In this document: positions 14,486 through 29,879 of the stretch, one piece after another
Layout: every line of letters begins with the position of its first letter
Position numbering within the stretch: position 1 is the first letter of the stretch
NCBI RefSeq assembly: GCF_009914755.1
Contig: NC_060947.1
DNA length: 64,000 bases
Direction: 5' to 3' (one strand)
Origin: the human T2T-CHM13v2.0 reference genome, Homo sapiens
Notes under the pieces: generated by a model
What the model saw: the letters and a program-made list of their open reading frames with translations, nothing else
The model's database searches: none
Told to the model about the DNA's origin: nothing
Translations under genes and position numbers: made by a program

Positions 14486-17400
14486 TGGAGTCTAACTAGC
14501 TCAACACCTGGCACAGTGGATCCCTTTATAGTAGCAAACAGGTTCCTATAAAATAGCTATCTGGGCTCCCTACATAAATCCAAGAGTGCTGATTTTGAAT
14601 ATCAAAATGCAGTAAAGTTAAGTTTTCCTCATGTCTTTAACCAGATTTCTGTGCACAAACTTGCCTGTACAATGCTTTCTGCAATTGGGTAGGTAATCAA
14701 AACATGGGGGCAACAGTGAAGAATTTGTATCCATACAGCTTGTTCATATATTGACATCCCCTCAATACTGAGTGGAAGGATAACTAACTGATGGATCTAC
14801 AGCTTCTAAACCCATAAAACGAGGATTTCACCAGTTACAGACATTCTGAGAGAAAAGTCCTGGGAAAGGATGAAAAGAGTGTGCGTTTACGTATGAGAAG
14901 TTAAAACTGTCAAAAGCACAACATCTGGTGGGCAGAGACATGACCTGAAACACACTGCTCATGACATGATAATAACTATGAGAAAAAAAAATCCCAATAT
15001 GTCTGTTTATGTCTTATGGCACTTAGGATAAAGCAACACTAATAAGTACACAATGCTGTTAAATATGTAAAACAGAAAGACAAATGTGTGGTAGTTACTA
15101 AGGCACTGTTGAAATGCTTAGTTATGTCCCTCCCATAATCAGGAAGTTTTCCTGAATTTTCCACAGTACACCTCAAAAATGAGTTGAAGATAAATGGAAA
15201 TAAGACAGTCCATTTTCCACTTAAGTGAACTTTCATTCTCCACTTGGTCATGTTTAGTGTCTACTCTACATTAGTTGTTTTATAGAATACATGACACATT
15301 CAAGGTCTGCTAGATGATAATAGTTATTATTCTTCCACCACCGTTTCAACATATCCACAGTGGTCAAAGTGTGTCCTATCATCTGCTTAATTCCATGAAA
15401 AAGAAATCCAGGGGCTGGGGTGTTTGAATAGAATAATATCTAAATACGTGTGCAAAGTGGCTACTGTTAAAATGATATTTTCAAAAGCATTTTCTGTATG
15501 AACTGGTCAAGCTCACTTTCCTTTTAAAATTCTTGTTATAGTCATTGAGTTAACCCAAACTCACTGTAAAATGTGTGAAAATAGCACCTCCTGAAAGTGT
15601 GTTCTCATATGCTTTGGAGCAATGGAGCGTGAATACTAAAGCAGCCTTTGCCAAACTCATGTTAACAGCTCAAGAACTAAACAGGAGTGAATTTTTGCAG
15701 TCCCATGACTTTGCAGAGCCAACCTAAGTATCATCCCAGGACTAGCTTTAATACATCACAGACATCCAAGAGAAGGCATAAAAGTCACAAATAAGTGACT
15801 CAAGCTAATAAATATTTCATAGATTTATTTTACATGGCAGTCTTTTCAAAATGAATTTTACTTCTTAACCAAAAAAATGAATTGGCTAAATAAAAGTGTG
15901 GACTTAGGATTTAAGCTTCTAGAATTAACACTATGAAATTTATAAAGATATTTATTTGACGAAGTGTTCTCCTGGATGCTCTTTCATGCACTTCTCATAA
16001 ACCAATGCCCAAAGATTAACCAAGTCTAAAAGAAAATGCACAGACCACAGAAGAGTCATACAAAATTAAAGACATTTAAAGAATGAAAGCCAAAGAAAAC
16101 AAACAGTACAAATGCACAATTTCCAGGACACTTTATTGTAATTTCCACTTTACATATTAATTTAATATTTTAGTCTAGGCAGAAATGTTTATACTTATAC
16201 AACAGTAGTCCAATCCTCTAATCTCACAAAATGAAAAGGAGCAGTTTTAAAAGAACATCAATTCAGGTATTTATGATATGGGGGACAAGGGGCACTTGTC
16301 TTAGCTGGAAAAGGGGCTGATGCCTTTCAGTACGAGTTTCACTGAAATTTTTTCTGTATTATTTTTCTTGTTGATGCTAAGTACTCAAATAAAAGCAATT
16401 GCACTTTTTCTCATTCTGCCCTCTCTTGGTCTTTACATTCTGTCTAGCATTTAACGCAAAAAGTCAGTTTACATTCAGTTTACACATTAAAAAAAAAAAA
16501 CCATATGCCCCACCTCCCACACATCCAAATGGACAGGGATTAGAATTAACCTGGCTTTTAGCTGTAACAGTGCTATTTTAAAATTTTTCAACCACACACT
16601 TGAAGGGTAAAATAATTTAAGATACAAAACCAAAGGAAACCATAACAATTCCTACACATTTACTATTTAACTGTTCTCAAATCATCAAGTATAACATGGA
16701 TTTCTTAAAAAGTGAAATCGACACAAAAGCGAATGCACGCTTAATGTACAAACTGACCGTGGCTCTGTGGGGACAGTTCTCTTTGAATGAGCTATTATCC
16801 AGACGGTGGAATGGAAAAAAAAAAAAAAAAGGTCGCACTCTTCAAATGTGAGGAAGCCGGCAGTGCGCTCGCTACACGAGAAACACATTTTAATGGGTGT
16901 ATTTGGATAAAAATAAGTAGTAAGGGAAAAATGTGTTTTAAGAAACCTCCCCCCTTCCCAGGGCACAAGAAAACCCAGAGGAGAAGATGGGTAACCTCAC
17001 AAGCTCCAGAGCTAAGTTCCATCACTAACAGAAGTTGGATAGTTGCTATTTTTCATCCTGCAATGGGATAGTAGTTCTCCATGTGCAAGATACGCGGGGC
17101 GGGAATACTGGCGGGGCTTTCACTTGGGGTAATGGAAACCAAAGTGAGGAGAGGTCAACACCTTGAGTAACCCAGATCTCCAAAACCGGGGCAGGGTGAG
17201 GGGTGGTGGGGGTGGTGAAGGAGACAAGTAAAGGAGTCAAAACTCCTCGAAGTCATCGCAAAGAGAAAGCTAACACCTCTAGGAGCCACGGGGCCATTCC
17301 TTGCAGCAGCACCCTGCTCCAAGTGTGGGGTGCCTGCCTCGGAGGGCAAAAAGCGCAGGGTGCCCTTAGTTCAGTTGAGTAGCTCCGGGGACCCGGGCAG

Positions 17401-17502
17401 CGAGAGGGCAGGGGCATCCGCCGGCCGGGAGGCGGACTCGCACTTTGCCTCAACTCTGAGCCCCATCCCGAGCGCAAGGGAGAGGGCGGCGGAGGGCACG
17501 GT

Positions 17503-17508
17503 ACTCAC

Positions 17509-17510
<2 letters not shown>
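17503..17510 (-). other. AMMECR1: 5' splice donor of the AMMECR1 first coding exon (TA|GTGAGT), phase 2
   Basis: Minus strand reads AAC GAG CCC TA/GTGAGTAC; the split codon gives the Tyr of the conserved FTNEPYPLFVTW motif. Confidence 0.93.
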
Positions 17511-18059
<549 letters not shown>

Positions 18060-19569
18060 TCAGGCCGCCGGGGGCGCGCCAGAGGCTGGCGGGGCGCGCG
18101 CGCGCCGCTCCCGGCCCCGTCTGCCTAGCCACGCGGCTGCCCCGCGCGCGCCCCCGCCTCGGTGCGCGCTCCTCGCTTTCGCGGCTGGGCGCCTCGCGCC
18201 TGTCCCGCCCGACTCGTGCCTCTTCTGAGCCGCAGCCCCAGCCCCAGCCCCAATCTCAATCTCTCCGGCCGGCAGAGGTTGGAAGACAGGAAGCCGATTA
18301 GAAAGGAAGGTGAAGGAAACAAGAGTCAGACAGCGGAAAGTGGGAGCAAAGGGAGAAGGTGGGCACGCCCGGGAAGGAAGGAGGGAAAGGGAAACTAGTG
18401 GGGGTAGGGGGGAAGAAAGGAGAAAGTCCGAAGTAAGCATCCAGGTCCCAAAGCACAGCTCAGTAACCCCCCGCCGCAAGCAGTATTAATGACACTTAAG
18501 CCCAGTTACGTGGAACCTGAGCCACCCGGCCTCAAATACACGGGTTTCTGAACTGTTGGAGTGTGAGCGAGCAGGTGCCCAGAGCTCCATACCTGAGACC
18601 GCCCCTGTAAAGTGTGTACAAAGCAATCCAGGAAATGGCCACGCTGCTGTCTTTTTAATTCCAGCCTAAGCACACACCAGGGTACTCTTTCCTTTCCTTA
18701 TGGAGAAATATTCAAGTCCGACTGAATCTATGTATCTTGTACTTGTTCCCCCAACTTACCCTCCTTGCCCCGTTTAAACATTTAAAAGCCAAAAATAAAG
18801 TCCTAACTAATACTTCACTGGTTCAAAGATACTAATTGTGCTTTGGGACTTGCAGTGGTGGACTTTTCTGGTTTTGGTTTTTATTTCTTGGCTTGGGTAC
18901 AAAGCAATTAGGAATATTATCTGTAGTGCTCAGATCTTAGAGATAAATAGGGAAGGTAATGTACTTAGTCACAAATTGAAAGATTTTGTTCAAGTATATA
19001 ATTAGCTCTTAATATTCATTTTTAAAATTTCTCAATTAAATGCTTGGATGGATGAGGAGACATATGAGTCAGTCCCTTTCTGGGTGCCTAAGTGCAGCTT
19101 AATAATAAAAATAATGACAATAATCAAATGTTAAAATTCGTAGAAATGAACGTGATAGAAATAGAAAGCGTAAGTTATTTGCATTGTATCTACACCATGC
19201 TAAAACATCTAGATAAAGTCAGGTATCTGCATATTTAAAAACTGCAGATTGATTTTTGTCACCTTTTTTCTACATGCGTGGGATCTTGCAGATAGCTGGG
19301 GGCTGTTCATTCCACTCAGGGAATAAAAACAAAACAATTTATTCATTCAGTAATATTGAGCCTCTGCACCATACTATGTGCACAACACTATACTTCTGTT
19401 GAAATCCAGGGCGTACTCAGGAAGTATGCCTCCCGCTCTAAAAGAGTTTATGAATTAAGTCAGATACATGCACATAATCAGATAAATAGCTATTATAGTA
19501 TGTATTGAACACTTTTTAGGTCTCCAATACCATACCTCGTCCTACCCCATAATCCTTCAGAATAAGATA

Positions 19570-19740
19570 CTATCTCGTTTTATCTTCACAACAATGCTCT
19601 GAGGTTACTCATTAACAGATGAGGCTATTAAACCTCAGAAGTAATTTGCCCAACATCACACACCTAGAAAGTAACAGAGCTAGGATTGGAATGCTGGCAT
19701 GTCTGATTCCAAAAACCATGCCATTATACTACATTGCCTC
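19570..19740 (-). mobile_element. MIR
   Basis: cttcacaacaat...acagatgagg...taatttgcccaacatcacacacctagaaagtaacagagctaggatt core. Confidence 0.75.
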
Positions 19741-22700
19741 TCACTAACAATATATGATAACAAGGCTAAGGATGGACAAAAGATAGTGACATTACACTCC
19801 AGCAGGTGGAACCGAGGTTAAACAGAAATAAGAACTTAGTTTTTATGGAAAGATTGAGAGACACTGAAATATGTTACCAAGGAAAGATGAAAAATCTCCT
19901 TCCAAAAAGATTTTATGAGATAGATAGATGAAAATCTGGAATGGTTAGATGCAGCCTAAAGACAAAAGGGATAGTTTAATTGGTCGGTGATATGTAATTT
20001 CATCCTCTCAAACTTCATCACTGTTAGAATTAACCTTAAGTATGAAACAAATAACAATTCTTTGTCAATTACTAGTGGAGTAAAAAAATGCATTAATATT
20101 TTGTCTATGTTACAGAAGAGAAAGCAGATTGGTTTTTTTAAAAAGCACCACAACAACTGGTATGTTAGGGTGTTTTGTACGTTAGGGTGTTTTGTTTTGT
20201 ACTTTGTCCTTAACTACCACAGGCTACCTTTTAATTTTTTTGAAACTAGACTGAACATAATATCAGACAATAGGTATCGATTTACTCCCCACCCCACTAA
20301 AGTGATCATTTCTAGAGTAAAAAACCAGAGCCATTTAATGACATCACAAAACAGTTTAGCACAGGAAGCAAAGTAGGATACCATGGATGGCTGCTTCTGC
20401 TAGGGGAATTTAGGAAAGCAGAATGTAATCTCCCAATTTAGAATTTGGCCAGTAGACAAGAGTCTAACGCCCCTACTCTTGTGAAAAATAGCAAGGAATC
20501 TTTAATAAGCACCAGTAGTCATGTCCTTAGTTCTGCATTTCATCTAAAAGACAAAGCACTATCATGGCTATCCTGCCAGGCTAAGGGACTGATGCAATGG
20601 GAAAACCCAAAGACAAGGACACCCCAGCTGAATTACAAAAATAGCTTTTCCCTAGAGGATTTTCAATTCCAATTCCAAACCTCACTAGCATAAAGAAAAT
20701 AGACAAACACAAATGTGATAATTGCAGAAAATACATCATTACCTGACCGCTAGGGGTTATTATCTAAGTACTTTGTTGTATTGGCTGACTAAAAGGGGGA
20801 AAAACACTAACCTTTATCTTTGTGTTAACTTCTCCTGAGCCTGGCTCATCTCCCATACTAACCTTGAGCCTCAAGATGCTTTATAAATCGCTTGGCAAGT
20901 AGTGGTGATGGTGGTAATGTCTCCTTTAGGCATTTGAGGAAATGCCTCTCCTGGCCTTGTTTTCTTGTAAAGTCACCAGCATAAAAAGAAACATATTTCA
21001 TTCAAACATAAACTAAATCCACAGAACAAATTCTGTGAAAAAAATTTTTTTACATCTATGCAAAGTGCACACTGGGTGGATAGAAAAACTGACCTTGCTC
21101 AGGATTCTCTTGACTTGAAGTATAAAGGTCAAAATATGATAGAGCACATGGTTTCTACCCACTGCTGATACTGGACTGCAGTGATAATACCCTCCAGAGG
21201 AAACTTTAAGTTGCCTTCCTCTCTTTGTAACTGACTGTCAATCTGGGAGCTGAAGATTCCACTTAAAAAAAAAAAATAGGCCATAGTCTCTTTGTCAACA
21301 AAGCACATTCAAATTGTGAGCATTTTTATTTCTGCAATTTAGAGGCAGCTCTAAATTGCTGTTAACTAACTCCTGTCAAAGGCTTTGTTTTACAACTGTG
21401 GAAAAAAATACTTGGACAGAGGTTATGCATATTATTTATTGTGCAGCAAAGCTAGTAATTGAATTAAACCCAATAGTTAGTTAATATATTATCATTGCCT
21501 CAATTTGTTCTCGTGTTTACAACATAGTTATTTTTTCATTTCAGAAAATAAGAATAATTATAATTCGATGAGGTGGTGAACTTAATGTTGCAAAATTATT
21601 TTCTTAGGTTTCTGGGGTTGTGGGTAAAAGGAGGAACATTCACATATTTCATTGAAAAAAAAACCTGCCATTTATGCCCAAACAAGTGTTATTTTTATCC
21701 TCTGTCATCAAACTTTCTCAACTGTCATCCTTGAACAACTGCAGAATGTAATATTCTTAGCTACCACTTTGATCTAACCTTGTACACGTATAACACATGG
21801 TTGTTGTGGTGGAGGTGGTAATCAGTTCCCTTTTATATTTGAATGAATACGTGAGTAAATACTGAAATTCTTTACCTACTTTTCAATTCAAATTCGTAAA
21901 TCAGTTTTTGTTTTTCTGATTACAAAACAGATCCTTCCTTCCAAAATTCTTTCTTTATCTAATGAACACATTTATGAGCAAAAGCACCATGATCTACCTT
22001 GGATTGTTTTCTAGTTGTTTCATTTACATCTTCTATTGTCAACTTGAGTACAAACTAATTGAATGTTGTTTTGCTACCTATTTCCTTTAGAGAAAGTTCT
22101 ATAAACTCCTTAATGAGATTTAGATATGCTAATATCTACTCTGAATGTGGAAGAATTAATAAAGCTAGCTAGTTGTAGATTGGAGAAAAAGGCTTTCTAG
22201 GAAGAAGATGATCAAACAGAGTGTTATTTGGGGCAGTTAGAGGAGTTGTGAACAATCAAAACATGAAGGTGTCTACTATAGTTTGGGAAAGTCTTTACTT
22301 GACTGTTTTTCTCTTTTCTCTCTTTTTAAAAGAAGAATTCATCTACTAGCTTCTGTACATATATTGGGGTTTGAAAATGTACATAATGAAACCCAATTGG
22401 CCTCACCTGAAAAGTTAATTATAAAAATATAGCTGTTTAACTAATCTCATTGTGTTCTGGGGCACCTATTCCAGTTGGTTGGAGGCACAGTTTTGGCAGG
22501 GTGAGGATTAACATTGTCAATTAAAATATAAAAGTCTGTTCTGAATTAAGTCTCTTTTGTACAAATAATCAATGTAAAGTACAAACTCACTCATGGCACC
22601 GAGGAGCAGAAATCTGATCCCTATAACCTCTGCTAGATCCCACTTGAAGTGTAGCTCATTTTGCCTCACTCTATTCACTGCTTAAATGTTCACAATTTAT

Positions 22701-23892
22701 GGCTTATTCTCTCAGCATGAGTAATACACAATGATTGTGTCAGGAAGCTCAGTCGTCTCTCATTACTTACTATTCGGGATTCCTACCCTAGCTCCTAATA
22801 GTGCAGCTAACCCTCCAAACTTCAGCCAGATCCTCCATCTGGCCCCTGACGTTGGCTATCCACCCTACAGCCTTTTCTTTGGGGCTGTTCACCTTATGCC
22901 ACAGCCACTGCCTGGTAAGTAGGCTGCTGCTTAATCCTCAGCTGACTTCTGCATCTTCCACAAGATTCCACAAGGGATTCTAGATTTCTTTCATGCCACT
23001 TGACGGTCTTCTAAAACCTCAAGCTGCTATTTCTATTGCAGATACTTCATGGTAGCATATAGCTTTTCTAAGGGGCTTGAAATTTCCCATGCTACACTCT
23101 GCTCTGTGTTTCCTCCAGAATTCTCTGGTTTGTTCTTTCTTTCTTCTTTTTATTGAGATATAATTCACAAAGGATACCATCCACCCATTTAAATTTTACA
23201 ATTCGATGATTTTTAGAATATTCATGCAGTTATGCAACCTTCAACATAATCAATTTTGGACACTTTCATCACCCCAAAAAAGATACCCCATACCCATTAG
23301 CAGTTACTCTTCATTCCTTCCTATTCCTCTTCAGCCCTAGACAACCTCTAATCTCCTTTCTGTCTCTATGGATTTACCTATTCTGAGCATTTCATATACA
23401 TGGAATCATATAATATTTGCCTTTTTGTGTCTGCTTTATTTCAGTTCACATGATGTTTTCAAGCTTCCTCTATGTTGTAGCATCTACCAGTACTTCATTC
23501 CTTTTTATGGCCAAATAACATACTGTTATATGGATATATCACATTTTGTTTATCCATTCATCAATTGATTGACATTTGGGTGTTTGCACTTTTTGGTTGT
23601 TATGAATAATGTTGCAAAGAAAATTGGTTTACAAGTTTGTGTGTAGATGTGTGTTTTCATTTCTCTCATTTCATTTCATTTCTCTCATTTACCTAGTGGT
23701 GGAGTTATTGTGTTATATTATAACTCTGTACTTAACCTTTTCAGAAACTACAGACTGTTTTCCAAATTGACTGTACCATTTTAGAATCCCATCTTCAGAG
23801 TCAAAGTTGGGATTACAATTTTAAACTTTTTTGTTAAATTTATTCCTATTTTATTCTTTTTGATGCTATTGAAGATGGAATAATTTTGTTAA

Positions 23893-24219
<327 letters not shown>

Positions 24220-25768
24220 TAGATCTTGTATCTTGCAACCGAGCTGAATTCATTTCTTACTACTAATAGTTTTTTGTTGGATTTCTTAAGATTTTGTGTA
24301 CACAAGATTGTGTCATCTGATAGTTTTACTTCTTTCTTTCCAATCTGGATGTATTTTTTTTTCTCTTGTCTAATTGCTTTGCCTAAAACCTCTAGTACAA
24401 TGTTGAATAGAATTGATGAGAGCAGACATCCCTATCTTATTCCAGATATAATGGGGAAAGCTTTCTGTCTTCTAGCATTAAGTATGATGTTAGCTGTGAG
24501 TTTTTAATAGCTTCCCTTAGGTTGAGGAAGGTCCCTTCTACTGGTAGTTTGTTGAGTGTTTTTTTTTTTTTTTAATTTATCATGACAGGTTGGATTTTTT
24601 GTCAAATGCTTTTACTGTGTCTATTGACAGGATCATGTGGTTTTTGTTCTTTATGTTGTTGATGTGGCATATTACTTTAATATACCATAAAATTAATACT
24701 TTACATTAATTTTGGGATAGTAAATCAACCTTCCAGTCCTGAGATGAATCCCACTTCATCATGGTATATAATTATTTTTTATATGTTGCTGGATCCATTT
24801 ACTAGTATTTTTGAGGATTTTTACATCTGTATTCATTGTACATCTACATTCAGTGGTCTGAGTTTTCTTTTCTTGTGATGTTTTTGTCTAGTTTTGGCAT
24901 CAGGAAAATACTGGTCTCATAAATGATTTGGGCAGTTTCCTTCTATTTTTTGGAAGAGCTTGAGAAGGATTTGGTGTTTATTCTTCTTTAAATGTGTGGT
25001 AGAATTTAACAGTGAGGCTATCTGGTCCTGGGCTTTTCTTTGTTGGGAGTTTTAAAATTCATTTATTTTTTTAGTTTGAATTTTTTATGCATTCATAGTG
25101 TGTTTATGGAGTACATGAGATATTTTGATACTAGCTTACGATGTACAATAATCTCATCAGGAAAATGGGATATGCATCACCTGAAGCATTTGTCATTTTT
25201 TTGCATTACAAACATTCCAATTATACTCTTAGTTATTTTTAAATGTACAATAAATTATTGTTGACTATTGTGCTATCAAATACCAGATCTTATTCATTCC
25301 ATCTATATTTTTATAGCCATTAACCATCTCCACTCCCCTCTCCCTCACAGGGAGTTTTTATTATTACTGACTCAATCTAGTTATTTGTTACAGGTGTGTT
25401 AAATTTTTCTGTTTCTTTTTGAGTCACTTTTGATAGTTTGTATGTTTCTAGGAATTGGTTCATTTCTTCTGGTTTATCTAATTTGTCATACAAATGCTCA
25501 TAGTATTCTCTTATAATTCCCTGTATTTCTGTAAGGTCTGTAGTAATATCATCCCATTTCTGATTTTAGTAATTTCAGTCTTTTCTCTTTTTTTGTCTAA
25601 CTAAAGACTTGTCAATTTTACTGTTCTTTTTAAAGAACCAACTTTTGGTTTGGTTACTTTTCTCTATTGTTTTTCTATTCTGTATTTCATTTATCTCTGT
25701 TTTAATCTTTATTTATTTCCTTCTGTTTGCTTCTGTTTGCTCATCTGGCTTCTGAAATGGCAGGTTAG

Positions 25769-26200
<432 letters not shown>

Positions 26201-26599
26201 CTATAAGTTTTGATATTTTGTGGTTTTGTTTACATTTGTCCCAAAGTATTTTCTAATTTCCCTTGTGACTTTTTGGCCTATTAGTTATTTAGGAGTGTGT
26301 TATTCAATTTCCACATATTTGTGAATTTCCCAAATTTCCTTCTGTTTTTTATTTCTAATTTCATTCCACGGTGGTAGATAATATATTTGGTGTGATTTCA
26401 ATCCTTTTATGTTTTTTGAGGCTTCTTTTATGACCTAGCTTATGATCTATCCTGAAGAATGTTTCATGTGCACTTGAGAAGATTATGTATTCTGCTGTTA
26501 TTGGGAGGAATGCTGTATAGGTATATGTTAATTCTAGTTGGTGTATAGTGTTGTTCAAGTCTTCTGTTTCCTTATTGAGGTGCAGGAGTGGATCATTCG

Positions 26600-27600
26600 T
26601 AGCCATGATAAATAATTTGGCTTTTATTCAAAGAGCAATGGAAAGACACTGGACGGTTTAGTGAGATCAATTTTGCTGGTATTTGGAGAATGTAATGCAG
26701 GAGAACAGAGCAGAGATAAGGAGATCAGTCAGGAGACTTCGTTAATTCAGGATAGGCCTGGACCTAGGTGGTGGCGGTTAAGATAAAAAGAAAGGAGAAT
26801 TTCCATGTAAATTTTGGAGGTAGAGTCAACAAGACTTACTGACACATATTTTGTTGAGGTCAGGAAAAGGAAAGAATTTATGATTATGACTAGATTTCTG
26901 GTTTGGGTAAACAAATAAGTGGTGATGACATATTGGCATGGAAAAGATAAGGACAGGAGCAGGTCCACAGGATATCAAGACTTCTTGACAATGTAAGTTT
27001 AAGGTGTCCGCTAAATATGCAAATAGAGATATGAAATAGGTAGGCAGATATGCATGTCATGAGCTCAAATGAAAGGTCTTGACTTGATAAATAAATGTGG
27101 GAGTTAGCATACAGACAGTATTAGAAGCCATGGTCTGGACAACATAACATAGAGAAGGAATATAAAGAAAAAAGAGAAAACCAGGATTGAGTCCTGAGGT
27201 TGCACAATATTGGGATGAACTGGCTAATGAGACTAAACAAGAGTAGCAACTGACATAGTGGGAAAGCCAGCAGAGTGTTGTGTCACAATATCCAAAGAAG
27301 AAAATCTTTTAAGAAGGAAGAATGGTTAATGATGTTAAATACTGAAGGGACTTCAAATAAAATGAGAATAGAGAAGTGTCTATTATATTTAGCAACATGC
27401 ATGTTGCATGTTGCAATAACATGAGTAGTTTCATTGGAGTGGCAGGGCCAGAAGTCAGACTGGAGTGCACTAAAAAGTGAATGGGGTGGTGGGGAGATGT
27501 AGATAGTGTATATAGACAACTCTGTTGAAATACTTGACTCTGAAGAGGAACAAAGAAATGAGATGGTAGCTGTAGAGGAGCACTAGGTCAAAGGAGGGTT
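26600..27600 (-). mobile_element. L2 fragment
   Basis: Purine-rich antisense L2 motifs (ttttggaggtagagtcaacaagactt, gggccagaagtcagactggagtg). Confidence 0.75.
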
Positions 27601-28333
27601 TTTATTTAATTAGCGATAGTTCCTAGAAATATTATTTTAAGTAGTTGTTATTATTATCATTATTAGTATTATTTCTTTGATAGTCATCACTACAGTGTTC
27701 AGTGAAATATACTTACAAGCAATTCTTGAACAGAAACACTTCTATCCTGAAAAGAGCAAATACTGAGACCACAAAGCATCGATTATTATTCTCTTCTAGT
27801 CTCATAAATAAGGAGATCAATATAATAAGGCCTGCCAGAAAAGAATGATAACTGATCCGGATGGAAATGATGAACACAGAGAGAAGACAGGCAACAAAAT
27901 GCTGTTTATAGAGTTATGGAGTGAGAGAAATAGTTAAAAGGTAAAGAGGAAGGGTGTTAATTTTATAAACTAGCTGTGGGTTTCCAGTGAAAATTTTGAT
28001 GTCATGATATTTTTACTGCTTCAGCAAACTTTTGCTCCCCAGATCAACAACAAGGCCTAGTGATTACTTTGAGCATAGCTTGGCTGGGGCTGTAGCAAAC
28101 ATCTTCTTAGGCCTTTAGCATATCACCCATTCATTTACTGCACAACTTCAAGCAAGTAATTTAACTTCATTTTCCTTATCTCTTAAATTGCATATCAGTA
28201 CATACTTCGTAAAATGGTTGTAAAGATTAAATAAAAGAATGCGTCTAATTAAAATGCCTGTATCAGCTAAATAAAGTATTCTAACAAGTAGACCCAAAGA
28301 TATAATGGCTTAGTAAAACAAACGTCTATTTCC

Positions 28334-29230
28334 TTTTTTCTTTTTCTCTTTTTTTTTTTTTTAGATGTTTGACTCTTTTTTTTTTTTTTTTAACACTTTA
28401 AGTTCTGGGATACATGTGCAGAACATGCAGGTTTGTAACATAGGTATAGACGTGCCATGGTGGTTTGCTGCACCCATAAACCCATCATCTACATTAGGTA
28501 TTTCTCCTAATGCTATCCCTCCCCCAGGCCCCCACCCCCTGACAGGCCCCAGTGTGTGATGTTCCCCTCCCTGTGTCCATGAGTTCTCATTGTTCAACTC
28601 CCACTTATGAGTGAGAACATGTGGTGTTTGGTTTTCTGTTCCTGTGTTAGTTTGCTGAGAAAGATGGTTTCCAGCTTCATCCATGTCCCTGCAAAGGACA
28701 TGAACTCATCCTTTTTTATGGCTGCATAGTATTCCATGGTGTGTATGTGTCACATTTTCTTTATCCAGTCTATCCAACGATAGGCATTTGGGTTGGTTCC
28801 AAGTATTTGCTATTGTGAATAGTGCTGCAATAAACATACAGGTGCATGTGTCTTTATAATAGAATGATTTATAATCCCTTGGGTACATACCCAGTAATGG
28901 GATTGCTCAGTCAAATGGTATTCCTTGTTCTAGATCCTTGAGGAATCGCCACACTGTCTTCCACAATGGTTGAACTAATTTGCACTCCCACCAATGTAAA
29001 AGCGTTCCCATTTCTCCACATCCTCTCCAGCATCTGTTGTTTCCTGACTTTTTACTGATCGCCATTCTAAGTGGCATGAAATGGTATCTCACTGCGGTTT
29101 TGATTGGCATTTCTCTAATGGTCAGTGATGATGAGCTTTTTTTCATATGTTTCTTGGCCGCATAAATGTCTTCTTTTGAGAAGTGTCTGTTCATATCCTT
29201 CGCCCACTTTTTGATGGGATTGTTTGTTTT
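28334..29230 (-). mobile_element. 5'-truncated L1PA (L1PA6/7-like) 3' end with a double poly(A) tail
   Basis: ORF2 C-terminus ([19 protein letters not shown]...), 3' UTR gcagcaaaccaccatggcacg; T-tracts at 28376-28391 and 28334-28362. Confidence 0.93.
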
Positions 29231-29800
29231 AGAAAAAATCCATTGTTAATCAGGCAGATGACTTTGGAGGAAATATTTTTTTAAAGCCATCCAGCAGAAC
29301 ACCTTCTCATCTTTATAGGACCCACTTCCTGGTCCTTCAACTGTTTCTGTGTCTTCTCACCTTAAAAAAATGAAATACAATGTACAGTAACCTTTTAATC
29401 AAAGCACAGCATTGTAGGTGGAGACGGAAAGCTTGCCATTGTTTGTTGTTTAACAGCTGATCCTGGTATTCTGGTGATGCCACTGTGCTGCTTCATTACA
29501 CTGAACACATAATTTTTCCCTATATTAATGGTATGTCATTTTTTTAAACCGTTAATACTTATGTGAGAATAAGTGTAAGAAAATGATTGCTTGTCAGTAG
29601 CATATAAATTCAGAGTCAGGAATGATGGTGATGCCAAACAACCACAGATTGTCTACCTGGGTTGCTGAAATAATGACACCTTTGCTTTGTTCAATGTATA
29701 CAAACTTTGTTTCATGCACAAAATTACTTAAAATATTGTATAAAATTACCTTCAGGCTATGTGTTTAAGGTGTATATGAAACATAAATGAATTTCATGTT
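29231..29800 (+). mobile_element. Tigger4 (Zombi)-like DNA transposon fragment
   Basis: cagtagcatataaattcagagtcaggaatgatggtgatgccaaacaaccacagattgtc...aaattaccttcaggctatgtg matches my recollection of Tigger4. Confidence 0.75.
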
Positions 29801-29879
29801 TTTAGGTGCTTTTAAGCTTTTTAAGTGTTTTCCGTGGGACAGTTTGTATATCTAGTCCACCATAGTACCAGTATTGTAC

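Noticed and set aside
19987-20376. 129-aa ORF
   Set aside because: Non-ATG start, AT-rich composition, no recognisable homology or splice context
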